Positions 1 to 9,594 of a stretch of DNA of 50,138 bases are shown piece after piece (positions within the stretch are counted from its first letter, which is position 1; each line of letters begins with the position of its first letter). Under the pieces are notes generated by a model. That model saw only the letters and a list, made by a program, of their open reading frames with translations, had not been told where the DNA came from and searched no databases. The stretch is from a virus: IMG/VR virus record IMGVR_UViG_3300029947_000009, positions 1 through 50,138 of that record. One strand, 5' to 3'. The position numbers and the translations under genes are program-made.

Positions 1-99
1 CGTCCAAGTCGCAAAATCCGAAATGGCGTTATCGTTGTCGTCGACGATTGCGTAGTCGCCGGTATAGGTGAATTCGGGGGTGTTTCTGGGGCTGGAAAA
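1..99. repeat. Terminal overlap; bases 1-99 are identical to 50040-50138 (circular closure or terminal redundancy)
   Basis: Both ends read cgtccaagtcgcaaaatccgaaatggcgttatcg...gtgtttctggggctggaaaa by direct comparison. Confidence 0.95.
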
Positions 100-465
100 C
101 TGCACCCAAGTATTGTTGTGGTAAACGTACGCATTCATGCTCTTCCACTGGGTAGCGCCGGGTACACCCAGATTCTGCCAGCAGCGGGTAGCTTTCAAAA
201 AGACGTTTCCAACGCTTCCCTTCGTGAATTTCACAAGGTTTGGCACCGTCCAGTCCGATGTATCCATCGTAAAATAGACGAATCCTGCGGGTGCCGTATC
301 CCATCCCGGGGCGGCAACACTGCTCATTTCCCACGAGGAAATAGGTGTACTGGTTTGCACCCAGACGGTATTGTCTTTCGGGTTACTGGGCTGCGTGGGC
401 GAGCCGATGACTTTAGGCCCCGTATAGCCACCGCCGCCATTGCCATACAAAAATGCTTTACCCAT
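1..465 (-). CDS. Glycine-rich tail fibre protein, 5' part of a gene that crosses the window ends (465->1, then 50039->49380; about 374 aa in total)
   Basis: ATG at 465 in a TAATG overlap with the upstream stop. GAGGTGA RBS lies 7 nt upstream. The frame (MGKAFLYGNGGGGYTGPKVIGSPTQ...) stays open to base 1 and joins in frame through the 99-bp overlap with the ORF ending at 49380. Confidence 0.8.
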   Translation of the reverse strand, partial: MGKAFLYGNGGGGYTGPKVIGSPTQPSNPKDNTVWVQTSTPISSWEMSSVAAPGWDTAPAGFVYFTMDTSDWTVPNLVKFTKGSVGNVFLKATRCWQNLGVPGATQWKSMNAYVYHNNTWVQFSSPRNTPEFTYTGDYAIVDDNDNAISDFATWT

Positions 466-1499
466 TATCGCATCACCTCAATCTGAATTGGAATAGCTAC
501 GGTAGGTTTATCCTCGAGGCACGTGAATTTGATACCACCCGCAACAGCCTCGGCGTAGCTGACCATGCTCCATGCCTCCCGCTGAGCCAGCGCCGTTGCA
601 AGGGTGGTGGAATAATCGGGCGTAACGTGTGGAGCATCCGTTGCCAAAACCTCTGATATGGATACGTTCTGTGTGTACGGTGCCGCACTTCCTACCCAGG
701 TTGCGCTAAGCGTAGCGGCGAATGTTTTCCGCTTATCATCCACGTATTTCTTATTTGCAGCATTGGTCTCCTCAGTAGGTGTAGATACACGAGGCTTATC
801 TGTCAACACGTATCCATCGCCTTGAGGATTGACTACCAAAGTAAAATCTTTGGTATCTACTGATGGAATCGGAATGCCAAGGTCACTTTGCACAGAATCA
901 AAAAATGCATCCCAAGCAGCCTTCTGCTCATCAAAATATTTGGTATAAGCATCCTGCCACTGTAGAAATAGGGTAGAGGTATCTACCTGATCAATTAGAG
1001 AAGTTACCCATCCACAAACGTTTGTGTTGGGTCGGGTATCAGTGATTAGACTCTGAGTAATTGAGGTAGTACCAGCCGAAACCTGAATAGAGGCTAGCTG
1101 TAGTTCCTTAATATCAGAGTTCCACTGGGGAGTTGGTGCCTGGGGGGATACCGCAGCCACACCTTTCTTTACCACAGTTTTGATGAGTCTATCTACTGCA
1201 CTCCAACGACATACTATGATATCTATTCTATTTAAGGAGCCATCAGCGTTGTCCAGGGAGAGCTGAAGCTCTGAGTCATTGTAGTAGAAATACCCGTCTA
1301 GCCAAGACATTCCTGAGGCCACAGTAACAGACATGCCCAGAGGACTACTCTGTATAACCTGTAGTTCATTGGATTTGTTGGCAAAAACCCCATTTCCTAT
1401 GAATGCTGCGAAGTACCTGGCAAAGTCTTCAGATACATAGGTTCGGTCCCATTCTCCACTGACTTTATGGGCATCAAAAAATCCACTCTTTTCAGACAT
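465..1499 (-). CDS. Tail fibre / receptor-binding-type structural protein
   Basis: 344 aa ORF in the tail module. It has an internal TNAANKKYVDD motif of the kind common in phage fibres. GC rises in its last ~90 codons. Confidence 0.6.
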   Translation of the reverse strand: MSEKSGFFDAHKVSGEWDRTYVSEDFARYFAAFIGNGVFANKSNELQVIQSSPLGMSVTVASGMSWLDGYFYYNDSELQLSLDNADGSLNRIDIIVCRWSAVDRLIKTVVKKGVAAVSPQAPTPQWNSDIKELQLASIQVSAGTTSITQSLITDTRPNTNVCGWVTSLIDQVDTSTLFLQWQDAYTKYFDEQKAAWDAFFDSVQSDLGIPIPSVDTKDFTLVVNPQGDGYVLTDKPRVSTPTEETNAANKKYVDDKRKTFAATLSATWVGSAAPYTQNVSISEVLATDAPHVTPDYSTTLATALAQREAWSMVSYAEAVAGGIKFTCLEDKPTVAIPIQIEVMR

Positions 1500-1519
1500 T
1501 GGGTTTCACCTCCTTTTAA

Positions 1520-2659
1520 TTAGTTCGATCTTCCTCTAGAGATTTTCTTCAAAAGGGTAGGGTAGGAATATCCAAAGGTTAAATCCATTTCATGAGATTC
1601 TCCCCAGCTATTGGTTACCTCCGTAATCCTTCCCACAACCTGCAGTCCTAAATCCAAATCCTGTATAACGATCTTATCCCCCTTAAAATAGTCTTCCCCA
1701 TAAGTGTACTGTCCCCCAGTAGTTCTAATGGTAGCCTCAAAGGTTTCGGTACGGGGGTAGTCGGCCAGCTTAACTAGTCCCCTACTCCTAAGAGTGGCTA
1801 GGTATTCCTCTTCTGTTAGTTCCGTGGTTGTTCCATCAGAGTTAGAGACTGAAGATTGAATATCCCTAGCATCTACATACAGTTCTCTTCGATCGAATCC
1901 TTTGATTTGGGTATTCTCCCCAGCAACTACTTCCTTTCGGGATTCTCCTTCTCCCTCTCCCTGAACCCAGGCTAGATTTCTTACATCCTGGGTATTAAGG
2001 TAATACTCACTAGCAAGTATATCTTCTAGATCGGTACTTAGGAGAACCGAGTTGAGGGACTGTAGATTGGTTCGGTCCGTTCCCTGGGTTACTACAAACC
2101 TTAGTTCCTGTTCTACGGGTAGAAATAGTACGTTAAATCCCAACTCAGACTCAGAGGATAGGTCCAGAATGTCATCGTAGATATACCCCCCAGTCTTTTG
2201 ATGGGATATTTTATTCCCCACCTTTAGGTCAGTCCCACAGGTAAGATAAGGAATCTTTCTATTAGAGTCAGAGGGGTTTACACAGTTCTGATCTACCAGC
2301 TCGTACATTATGGTAGAGACTGGCTTGTTATTAGCCGAATAGGTTCCCCATACTATCCTTGTGGAGAGTAGAAACTCCAGGGTTCTTCCCTTTATTACAT
2401 AGCTTTTTTGGCCTTTAGTATCAGTCTCCGAATTGATTATCTCTATGACTGCTGCGGTTGTTTCGCCAGTCCAAAGATAGTTTCCTTCCCGGAGTAGGGT
2501 CTGATTCTCTTCAGTTACTGGAGCCTGAAGTTCAAAGGTTCCATATCCAGCATAGTGATCTGGCCATAGGAGATGAGTAAACTCATTTATTTCCCCTATG
2601 GCCGCAAATACTGTTTCAGTAACCTCGAACACGGTAATAGTTACAGTATCTAGCAGCAT
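1520..2659 (-). CDS. Tail-tip/baseplate protein (siphovirus Gp37-like family, tentative)
   Basis: 379 aa ORF directly downstream of Dit, with a 10-nt overlap with the upstream gene. Confidence 0.55.
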   Translation of the reverse strand: MLLDTVTITVFEVTETVFAAIGEINEFTHLLWPDHYAGYGTFELQAPVTEENQTLLREGNYLWTGETTAAVIEIINSETDTKGQKSYVIKGRTLEFLLSTRIVWGTYSANNKPVSTIMYELVDQNCVNPSDSNRKIPYLTCGTDLKVGNKISHQKTGGYIYDDILDLSSESELGFNVLFLPVEQELRFVVTQGTDRTNLQSLNSVLLSTDLEDILASEYYLNTQDVRNLAWVQGEGEGESRKEVVAGENTQIKGFDRRELYVDARDIQSSVSNSDGTTTELTEEEYLATLRSRGLVKLADYPRTETFEATIRTTGGQYTYGEDYFKGDKIVIQDLDLGLQVVGRITEVTNSWGESHEMDLTFGYSYPTLLKKISRGRSN

Positions 2660-3561
2660 TTTTGTACCTCCAGATACTTATCCTGGAAATAGATAAACAC
2701 CTCAAGATTGTCTATCCCATCATCGGCATCGTATCTAAAGGAGTTTTTACCCGGGGATAGATTAAGCCACTTGCTACTCAAGGTACGATATATAAAGTAG
2801 TTGGTGTACTCCGAAGTTTCACTTAACCTACCTATAACGTACTTAGAGCCTATATTGGTGTTGATTTCTACTTCTTCTCCAGCAACCAGAACCTTTTGAA
2901 TACTGATGGTTTCTTGAGTATCTATCTTTATAAGCTTGGGATTTGTCAGAGTTCCCTTAGCCCTAAATACCACCCTTATTCCTGTGGATACGTCTCCCTT
3001 ATTCACAACATCTGCAATAAGACTATCCGTTCTAGCCCCAAATATAACCCCCCCCTCATCGAGATCTGGGGATATAATCAAGGGAAAATGGAACATCTCA
3101 TGGGTTGTAGCAAACAGGAGACTATTTTCAGCGGAATCCCTGAATAGAGGGTCATGAGCAACTCCAGTGATTTGGAACTTGCAAATGACCTCATTATTCT
3201 CAGAGATATTTACTGAGTACCTTACAGTACTGTCCGGACTAAACTGAAGAGTATAGTCCTGGTAGATTATTTCCATGGGTTCCTGGGGATTTATGAGACT
3301 GTTGAGTGTTTTCTTTAGGGAGGTCATTTCTAACTCGGTAGTAGCTACTACCCATCCCACAATTTTTATATCATCTCTGGTTCCTAGAGATGTACTCATG
3401 AGGGACTCTCCTACTTGTCCAGGATACTTATAGGTATAGTGGGTTCCTTCTATGGTTCCCCAATCTACTTCCTCGGGAATGTAGCCGGAGAACTGATCGG
3501 AGTCTATGGAAATCTCAAATGAGTCTGATACCCTTCTTAGGGTTATTTTATCCACAATCAT
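2650..3561 (-). CDS. Distal tail protein (Dit-like)
   Basis: 303 aa ORF immediately after the tape measure gene; the position and size are typical of Dit. Confidence 0.65.
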   Translation of the reverse strand: MIVDKITLRRVSDSFEISIDSDQFSGYIPEEVDWGTIEGTHYTYKYPGQVGESLMSTSLGTRDDIKIVGWVVATTELEMTSLKKTLNSLINPQEPMEIIYQDYTLQFSPDSTVRYSVNISENNEVICKFQITGVAHDPLFRDSAENSLLFATTHEMFHFPLIISPDLDEGGVIFGARTDSLIADVVNKGDVSTGIRVVFRAKGTLTNPKLIKIDTQETISIQKVLVAGEEVEINTNIGSKYVIGRLSETSEYTNYFIYRTLSSKWLNLSPGKNSFRYDADDGIDNLEVFIYFQDKYLEVQKCC

Positions 3562-3562
3562 A

Positions 3563-6500
3563 TTAGAATCCCTCCGCCAAGTCCCGTTTTGCCTTCTTCA
3601 TCTGTCTAGCTGCCTCTGCCTCCGTTATGGGCTTGGGACTGTAGAAATTGAAGGTATCACCAGTTCTCTGAGAATCAGATCCCTGTAGGGGAGTTTCATA
3701 GTCGGTACTTCCACTTATTCCTCTGGAGGAGACTCTGGACCTGGAGTATAGATTTTCATTATTCTGTACTCTAAGACCCTTGGATATAGCTGAGAGTTCC
3801 CGAATCTGAGATAGCAACTGACCATATAGTCCGATGGTTACAACGACCGTATCATTGTAAGACTCCATCTTAGATATGGCCTGCATCTCAGTGGTTAGTG
3901 CTTCGTCCATAGGTAGTTCCGGGACCATAGCATCAGCCAGACTTCTTACAGCCGGCTTCATCTTATATAGATTGGAGTATATACCCTTAGCCAGTCCCTG
4001 AATAAAGTCAGGCATCCAAGACTCGTAGGTAGTTAGAGGGCCTTCATCAGGTACGGAGAAATGCAGTCTAGCAGAAATGATATTGGCTGCATCATTTACC
4101 GCCGATTGTAGAACGGGGTATTTAGACCTCATACCATTGGCTAAACCTGTAATAATATCTTGACCCCAGGTATAGGCATCTGAAGATAGTCCACCTATTC
4201 CAGAGCTCATACTAGACCTAAAGGAATCCACAGATCTAGAACCCACAGTAGCCATCTGACCCGGGAGAGGAGCTAGTCCCGTATTGATACTGGTCACTAT
4301 GGCATTGGATAGAGCTAGGGATTCAGTCTTGGCGGGATTCTGGGTCTTCTTAATGGTATTGACGAACTTGTCCATAGCTCCGGATACCATAGCCTCTAGA
4401 CCACTTAACCCGGACTCTACTACATTTACAGAGTTCACCATCTGAGATAGGGCGTTGGAAGCATTGGTAGCCGAACCCTCTATGGTAGATACCGACTGAG
4501 CTGTGGAGGCCATAGCGATAGCCAGTAGTCCACAAGCAGCGGCAGACAGTCCTAGTTCCACAGTTAATAGACCGAGAGTTACTAGTCCTGTTACAACGGA
4601 GGCATCCAGGGCTATGATACCAGCGGATAGGGCAGCAACCCCAGCTACACTAGCTAGGGAGGCAGTTCCAAAGGCAGCCATTCCACTAGCAGCTGTGGAC
4701 GCACTAGCCGCTAGTAGGGTCATTCCAGCTCCACAGATAACGAGACCGGCCCCCAGAACTACTACTCCAGCCCCCAGAACTACTACAGCGGCTCCTAGGG
4801 CCACAACCCCAACTGCAGCTACCGCAGACCCAGTTCCTACCATTAGGAGACCAGCACCGAGAACAGTACATCCACTTCCAGCTACTAGGGCTCCTCCACC
4901 AAACTCTATTAGGCCTCCACTGAGAACTATTAGAGCAGAAGCTGCTGAGCTTCCGTAAGCCGAGATAGTGGGAAGCTGGGTAGCAAGTAGGGCTATTCCA
5001 GCTGTGGCAAGTCCGATTCCTGCTCCTACCAGGGCTACAGCTGCTCCGAAGGCAATCAAACCAACAGCACCTGCAGTGAGGGGGGCAGCAACCACAGTTG
5101 CTCCAGCCGCTAGTCCTACTAGGGCTACAACCATACCACCCATAACAGCTATAGCAGGTCCTCCAGCATTTGCCAACTGAATGGAGGCAAAAGCCAGTAA
5201 AGCCAAACCACTAGCGGCTAGAAGAATACCAGCACCAGCAGCCACAAGCCCCAGGGCATTTTTAGATAGAGAACCGACCGAGGAGCTAGCTTCACCCACA
5301 GGACCAGGGACTCCCTTAGAAGAACTACCCAGTTTTCCTATGGCCCCTACAGCTTTCTCTATACCTGATACCATCTTTCCAGCCCCACTTGTTAGCTTTC
5401 CAACCACAAGTATGACTGGACCGATGGCAGCAGCTATTCCAGCCCACTTTACAATTTGCTGCTGCTGCTTGGGGTCTAGGTTACTAAACCACTGAACTAC
5501 TTCCTGAATCTTTCCGACAAAGTCAGAAACATAGGGAAGGAGGATTTCTCCTATCTGCATAGCTGCTTCTGCCACGTTGGATTTTAGGATTTCTACCTGT
5601 CCAGAAAAATTGGCTAGCTGTATATCAGCCATAGTCTGGGCAGCACCCTCAGCATCATATATAGACTGGGTTAAACTGTTGTAGTCTTCCTCAGAAGTAT
5701 TGATGATGGCCAACATACCCGACATGGCCTCTTGACCAAATAGGGTAGCTGCTACCTGGGACTGCTCAGCTTCAGTAAGACCTCCGAGGTTAGTTCTCAG
5801 CATACCCATAACCTCTCCTAGGCTCTTCATAGACCCATCGGAATTGGTAAGACTTATATTATAGGCCTTCATCAGGGCAGCTGCATCATCTGTAGGTTTA
5901 ATAAGTCTGGATAGAGAGGCCCGAAGGGCAGTACCACCCTGACTCCCCTTAATACCAGCATTTGCCATAAGCCCTAGAGCGATAGAAGTATCTTCTACAC
6001 TATATCCCAAAGCACCAGCCACGGGGGCAACATACTTAAAGGACTCACCCAACATGGCAACGTTGGTGTTGGCCGAGGAACTAGCCTTAGCTAGCACATC
6101 AGCGAAATGGGAAGAATCACTAGCAGACAGTCCAAAGGCTGTTAGAGCATCGGTTACAATGTCAGAGGTGGTTGCTAGATCAAGTCCATCAGCAGCAGAC
6201 AGAGCCATGATGCCATCGATACCAGCGAGCATGTCTTCGGTCTTCCAACCAGCCATAGCCATGTAAGTAAAGGCATCCGCAGACTCCTTGGCGGTGAACT
6301 TAGTGGTATTTCCCATCTCTCTGGCCTTAGTTCTTAAGGCCTCAAAATCGTCTCCAGTAGCTCCAGATATGGCAGCCACCTTAGACATGGAGGAATCAAA
6401 GTCGGCTAGAGTTTTTATGGCCATAGTACCAACCCCAGCCAAGGGAGTAGTCACAGAGGCGGTAAGGGTTTTTCCTATTCCAGTCATCTTGTCTCCGACT

Positions 6501-6637
6501 GTGGATATCCTATCCCCCACACTTTGAATCTGAGCCTCAGTTTCTTTAGACTCTCTTAGAGCTGTAGCCAGTCCCTTTATAAATCCATCAATATCAAGAT
6601 CAAGGTATCCTACACCTTTACCAATCTCTATAGACAT
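3563..6637 (-). CDS. Tail tape measure protein
   Basis: 1024 aa. The N-terminal region is TP901-type TMP-like (GATGDDFEALRTKAREMGNTTKFTA..., MANAGIKGSQGGTALR). It follows the G/T chaperone pair and has a long Gly/Ala/Val/Leu hydrophobic core. Confidence 0.9.
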   Translation of the reverse strand: MSIEIGKGVGYLDLDIDGFIKGLATALRESKETEAQIQSVGDRISTVGDKMTGIGKTLTASVTTPLAGVGTMAIKTLADFDSSMSKVAAISGATGDDFEALRTKAREMGNTTKFTAKESADAFTYMAMAGWKTEDMLAGIDGIMALSAADGLDLATTSDIVTDALTAFGLSASDSSHFADVLAKASSSANTNVAMLGESFKYVAPVAGALGYSVEDTSIALGLMANAGIKGSQGGTALRASLSRLIKPTDDAAALMKAYNISLTNSDGSMKSLGEVMGMLRTNLGGLTEAEQSQVAATLFGQEAMSGMLAIINTSEEDYNSLTQSIYDAEGAAQTMADIQLANFSGQVEILKSNVAEAAMQIGEILLPYVSDFVGKIQEVVQWFSNLDPKQQQQIVKWAGIAAAIGPVILVVGKLTSGAGKMVSGIEKAVGAIGKLGSSSKGVPGPVGEASSSVGSLSKNALGLVAAGAGILLAASGLALLAFASIQLANAGGPAIAVMGGMVVALVGLAAGATVVAAPLTAGAVGLIAFGAAVALVGAGIGLATAGIALLATQLPTISAYGSSAASALIVLSGGLIEFGGGALVAGSGCTVLGAGLLMVGTGSAVAAVGVVALGAAVVVLGAGVVVLGAGLVICGAGMTLLAASASTAASGMAAFGTASLASVAGVAALSAGIIALDASVVTGLVTLGLLTVELGLSAAACGLLAIAMASTAQSVSTIEGSATNASNALSQMVNSVNVVESGLSGLEAMVSGAMDKFVNTIKKTQNPAKTESLALSNAIVTSINTGLAPLPGQMATVGSRSVDSFRSSMSSGIGGLSSDAYTWGQDIITGLANGMRSKYPVLQSAVNDAANIISARLHFSVPDEGPLTTYESWMPDFIQGLAKGIYSNLYKMKPAVRSLADAMVPELPMDEALTTEMQAISKMESYNDTVVVTIGLYGQLLSQIRELSAISKGLRVQNNENLYSRSRVSSRGISGSTDYETPLQGSDSQRTGDTFNFYSPKPITEAEAARQMKKAKRDLAEGF

Positions 6638-6649
6638 ATTCTCACCTCC

Positions 6650-6871
6650 TTATTTGGTATACTGTTTGTACATGTCAGAGAAGGAACTATATTTAGTAAC
6701 AAATATAGGCTTCTCATCCTGTTCTATCTTTGATAGAATGTATCCACAGGCCTCATCAAAGCAATAAGCGGTATAAGGGTCTGTAAGGTCCATTAAATTG
6801 CTGGGACGACACCCATACCGAGATGCCGTCCCAATGAGATTCAGAATTTCTTTACTTTTGACGAAAGTTTT
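6650..6871 (-). CDS. gpT-like frameshift extension of the tail assembly chaperone (no start of its own)
   Basis: The ORF (KTFVKSKEILNLIGTASRYGCRPSNLMDLTDPYTAYCFDEACGYILSKIEQDEKPIFVTKYSSFSDMYKQYTK*) opens 6 codons before the chaperone stop. It has no RBS/ATG at its 5' end and lies in the +1 frame relative to 6852..7280. Confidence 0.5.
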   Translation of the reverse strand, partial: KTFVKSKEILNLIGTASRYGCRPSNLMDLTDPYTAYCFDEACGYILSKIEQDEKPIFVTKYSSFSDMYKQYTK

Positions 6872-7280
6872 TCAGGGTAGAAACCCCCGCCTGAGTGTAG
6901 TTGAAGATGGCCATAATCTGTTCGTCGGACAGTTCCACCCCAGCGGATTCGATCTCCTTCAGGGTAGGCTCCATCAGGGCAGCCTCACAGATAACGTGGC
7001 AGGTATCGTAGAAATTGCTGAGCATGTTCTTGTCTTTAGGATCGAAGCTTCCACTTCCCTTAACAAACAGCTCTCCAGCTGTGGTTAGGAGCTGGTTGGG
7101 AATTCTTCCAGACTTGGCCAGAACCAACATACTGGGACGCTTCAGTCGGGCCACAAAGGGCTGACCGTTGGAGAAATCCGGGAGTCTTACCACCGTTCCT
7201 TCTTTATAGGACTGAAGGTCACTCAGAGTAGTGATTTTGAGAGCCTCATCACAATTGATGGGGGTGTTTTTGTTTGCCAT
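6852..7280 (-). CDS. Tail assembly chaperone (gpG-like)
   Basis: 142 aa ORF between the major tail protein and the tape measure gene. Confidence 0.7.
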   Translation of the reverse strand: MANKNTPINCDEALKITTLSDLQSYKEGTVVRLPDFSNGQPFVARLKRPSMLVLAKSGRIPNQLLTTAGELFVKGSGSFDPKDKNMLSNFYDTCHVICEAALMEPTLKEIESAGVELSDEQIMAIFNYTQAGVSTLKNFRQK

Positions 7281-7296
7281 GTGTATTTACCTCCAA

Positions 7297-7893
7297 TTAG
7301 GTCGAAGTGGGAAGGGCCGTAACGTAGCTGATACTGTAGGGGGGCTCGTTGCTCTTGGGTGCCGAGTTAATGGTATACTCGGGAGCCCGGAAAGCCCCGT
7401 CTTCAGAACCAAAGGCCACAGGAACGCCCTGGCAGTTGGGATAGGTAATCTTCTCATACTGGACGATCTGGCCGCTGGTATCATACTGGGCGGAGAATGC
7501 GTGCAGCTTGAAGACCTTTCCCTTTTCTCCAGAACCCGTTATGGGGGGGTCATATCCAGCGATGCCGAACTCAGTAGTAGAAGTACTGGTAGAAGTGTGC
7601 TCAGCACTAGACCAGTACTTAATGGTTCCACCTTGAAGCATCTTCACCAGCTCGGGGGAGAATACATTGTCGGTAAGGGTAATCTGGTTGCCGGTAATGG
7701 TACTCTCCTCAGGCTTCTGGGCAATCAGTCTTCCCTTTACAATGAGCTTTACCGCATCCGTAGTTTCGATCTGGGGTTCAACCTCGATCTTATTTGCGGT
7801 ATCTAGGATAAAAGACTCATCATCAGTTTCCACCATGACCATAGCAACGTCAATAGTGGGAATTTCAGTAATCTTCTTGGGGTTAGTAGCCAT
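7297..7893 (-). CDS. Major tail protein
   Basis: 198 aa ORF in the canonical position upstream of the chaperone, with a strong RBS. Confidence 0.7.
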   Translation of the reverse strand: MATNPKKITEIPTIDVAMVMVETDDESFILDTANKIEVEPQIETTDAVKLIVKGRLIAQKPEESTITGNQITLTDNVFSPELVKMLQGGTIKYWSSAEHTSTSTSTTEFGIAGYDPPITGSGEKGKVFKLHAFSAQYDTSGQIVQYEKITYPNCQGVPVAFGSEDGAFRAPEYTINSAPKSNEPPYSISYVTALPTST

Positions 7894-7905
7894 GTAAATA
7901 CCTCC

Positions 7906-8262
7906 TTAAGATATTTTTCGGTAGTTTTTGTACAGAACACTAATCATATGGGCCTTTACAGAATCATCATAATACGACTGAGTCTGGGTATAGGTGGGAA
8001 GTATCATGGGAACTAGTCCCTTCATAGACTCCTTAACCTTTTCCACAAAAGGCTCCAATTGACTGAAGTGGTCCTTAGGGATATAACATAGTATGTCATA
8101 ATATGTTACTGTACTGGAGTAGTCCAAATATTTGGAAGTGGTTGCATCCCTAACAACCACATAGGGAGAGATACACTCCCCCACTTTCTGGGCGGGGAAG
8201 TATACCTCAAATCCATCGTTTTTTAGGTGCAGGTATATGTCCTGCATTCTTCCATCAGCCAT
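7906..8262 (-). CDS. Tail terminator / tail completion protein (by position)
   Basis: 118 aa ORF in the head-tail joining block. Confidence 0.45.
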   Translation of the reverse strand: MADGRMQDIYLHLKNDGFEVYFPAQKVGECISPYVVVRDATTSKYLDYSSTVTYYDILCYIPKDHFSQLEPFVEKVKESMKGLVPMILPTYTQTQSYYDDSVKAHMISVLYKNYRKIS

Positions 8263-8611
8263 TTCCTAATTTCTCCAAAAGCTTACTAAGTCCAGCCATA
8301 ATCTCATTAGAGTTCACTAGAAGGGTGGGTTGAATTATGGAGTATTTTTTCTCATGGGCCAGTTCCAACCACTTACCATAGTCCACTCCATGGGCCAAGG
8401 TTATCCTATATCCCTTATCAATTCTAGAGACCGTTCCAGTAAGTCTCTGTCTGGCATGGCCAGTTCTATCAGTCCAGGGAGCATTATCCCGGGCATAGTT
8501 CTGAAGTTTCAGAGCTGCATTGGTGGCATATAGATTTAGGGCCATCTCAGCCTTCCCAGGGGCCGAGTTTAACCAGGAATATAACTCAGAGAAGTCAGTA
8601 CGAAAACTCAT
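8255..8611 (-). CDS. HK97 gp10-like head-tail joining protein
   Basis: 118 aa; contains NAPWTDRTGHARQRLTG, resembling the gp10-family TG.L motif. Confidence 0.5.
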   Translation of the reverse strand: MSFRTDFSELYSWLNSAPGKAEMALNLYATNAALKLQNYARDNAPWTDRTGHARQRLTGTVSRIDKGYRITLAHGVDYGKWLELAHEKKYSIIQPTLLVNSNEIMAGLSKLLEKLGNG

Positions 8612-8967
8612 TTAAGTACCAACTCCAGGGAAATGTCACAAGCTACTCCAAAATTGTTTACATCCCTTAAATCTACTATCTTATACTCCTTGTCCTGAAT
8701 AGTAGTGGACATGTCTCTTTCCAGGGAAAGGGAATCCTCCTTAAGACACATAATGAGAGAACTGGGCTTAGACTTAATATTTGAACCATCGGTTGCAGTA
8801 TTGGTCACATATCCCTGAGACTCGTGGTAAACCCCACTAACCTTCACAGTCTTAGTTTTCCCAGTAGGTTCTCCAAACTGATTTTTCTCAAAACCATTAA
8901 AGGAGTAGACCCTACCCTGGGATTTGATAAACCTAAGAAGCTTATGTTTCTCAAAGCTGGGATTCAT
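8608..8967 (-). CDS. Head closure / head-tail adaptor protein (by position)
   Basis: Start moved to the ATG at 8967 (MNPSFEKHK...), which has an AAGGGGTGA RBS. The longer track ORF would overlap the upstream gene by 89 nt. Confidence 0.5.
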   Translation of the reverse strand: MNPSFEKHKLLRFIKSQGRVYSFNGFEKNQFGEPTGKTKTVKVSGVYHESQGYVTNTATDGSNIKSKPSSLIMCLKEDSLSLERDMSTTIQDKEYKIVDLRDVNNFGVACDISLELVLK

Positions 8968-8971
8968 AATA

Positions 8972-9223
8972 TCACCCCTTAAGTATTCCAGAGTTAAAAG
9001 GCCTATACTGGGAAGCCAGTCTACGAAAGTACTTACTGGTATCAGCCGTGGAGAGACCATTCACAGAGAGAGTGGTATCCTCGGCTTTTACCAGTAAGCA
9101 CTGATAAGCTGTAGTCCTAAGATCTCCCCCATTTTGACTGAGGTAGAACTCCAACTGTTCATCGGTAAAGAAGGGTATGTCACCTTCACGAAGAATGATT
9201 TTTAGGTGGTCAAGGTTGGACAT
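8972..9223 (-). CDS. Head-tail connector protein (by position)
   Basis: 83 aa ORF after the capsid block. Confidence 0.4.
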   Translation of the reverse strand: MSNLDHLKIILREGDIPFFTDEQLEFYLSQNGGDLRTTAYQCLLVKAEDTTLSVNGLSTADTSKYFRRLASQYRPFNSGILKG

Positions 9224-9236
9224 AGGTATTCCCTCC

Positions 9237-9581
9237 TTACTCCCTGTGGGACCTAATAGCCTCCATTAGCCCTTCCCGGGTCTTCAGATTCTTGGTCTTG
9301 ATACCCAGTAGAGAGGCATACTGCTTAAGCTCCACCTCGGACATGTTCTGGAGTATACCTTCCTCGTCCAGGTTTTTATTGGACTCTGGGTCACTGGAGG
9401 GAGCGTCAGGGGGAGTTTCGGGGTCGGGGGTAGTATCCCCTTCCCCACTAACTCCCATATCGGGCCACTGCGAGGCTGTAGGAGAGCTTCCTTCCACTAC
9501 CCACCCCAGGGGGGAGTACAGTTCCTTAAAAGCCCCCTTGGGAACTAACAGAGTCTGTCCTCCCCTAGTAATTCTGAGCAT
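9237..9581 (-). CDS. Hypothetical protein with an acidic/Pro-rich centre and a C-terminal HeH/Rho-N-like motif
   Basis: C-terminus reads MSEVELKQYASLLGIKTKNLKTREGLMEAI. Confidence 0.6.
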   Translation of the reverse strand: MLRITRGGQTLLVPKGAFKELYSPLGWVVEGSSPTASQWPDMGVSGEGDTTPDPETPPDAPSSDPESNKNLDEEGILQNMSEVELKQYASLLGIKTKNLKTREGLMEAIRSHRE

Positions 9582-9594
9582 GGTGTATTCCTCC

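Noticed and set aside
1-99. Interpreting the 99-bp end repeat as biological direct terminal repeats
   Set aside because: The repeat falls in the middle of an open reading frame and has a length typical of an assembler k-mer overlap. Circular closure is the simpler reading, although read-terminus analysis would be needed to exclude true terminal redundancy.
29-688. ORFs 29..334(-), 118..486(+), 453..656(+) and 497..688(-)
   Set aside because: They are alternative frames of the high-GC fibre genes. The frame that begins at 465 with an RBS and joins the glycine-rich ORF across the junction explains the region.
4350-6527. Plus-strand ORFs (4503..4958, 4968..5180, 5181..5495, 6054..6266, 6288..6527) and the nested minus-strand ORF 4350..4535, all within the tape measure gene
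   Set aside because: The plus-strand ORFs have Pro/Ala/Thr/Arg-rich low-complexity translations, which are antisense shadows of the Gly/Ala-rich TMP codons. 4350..4535 is an out-of-frame ORF on the same strand as the TMP. None has an RBS.
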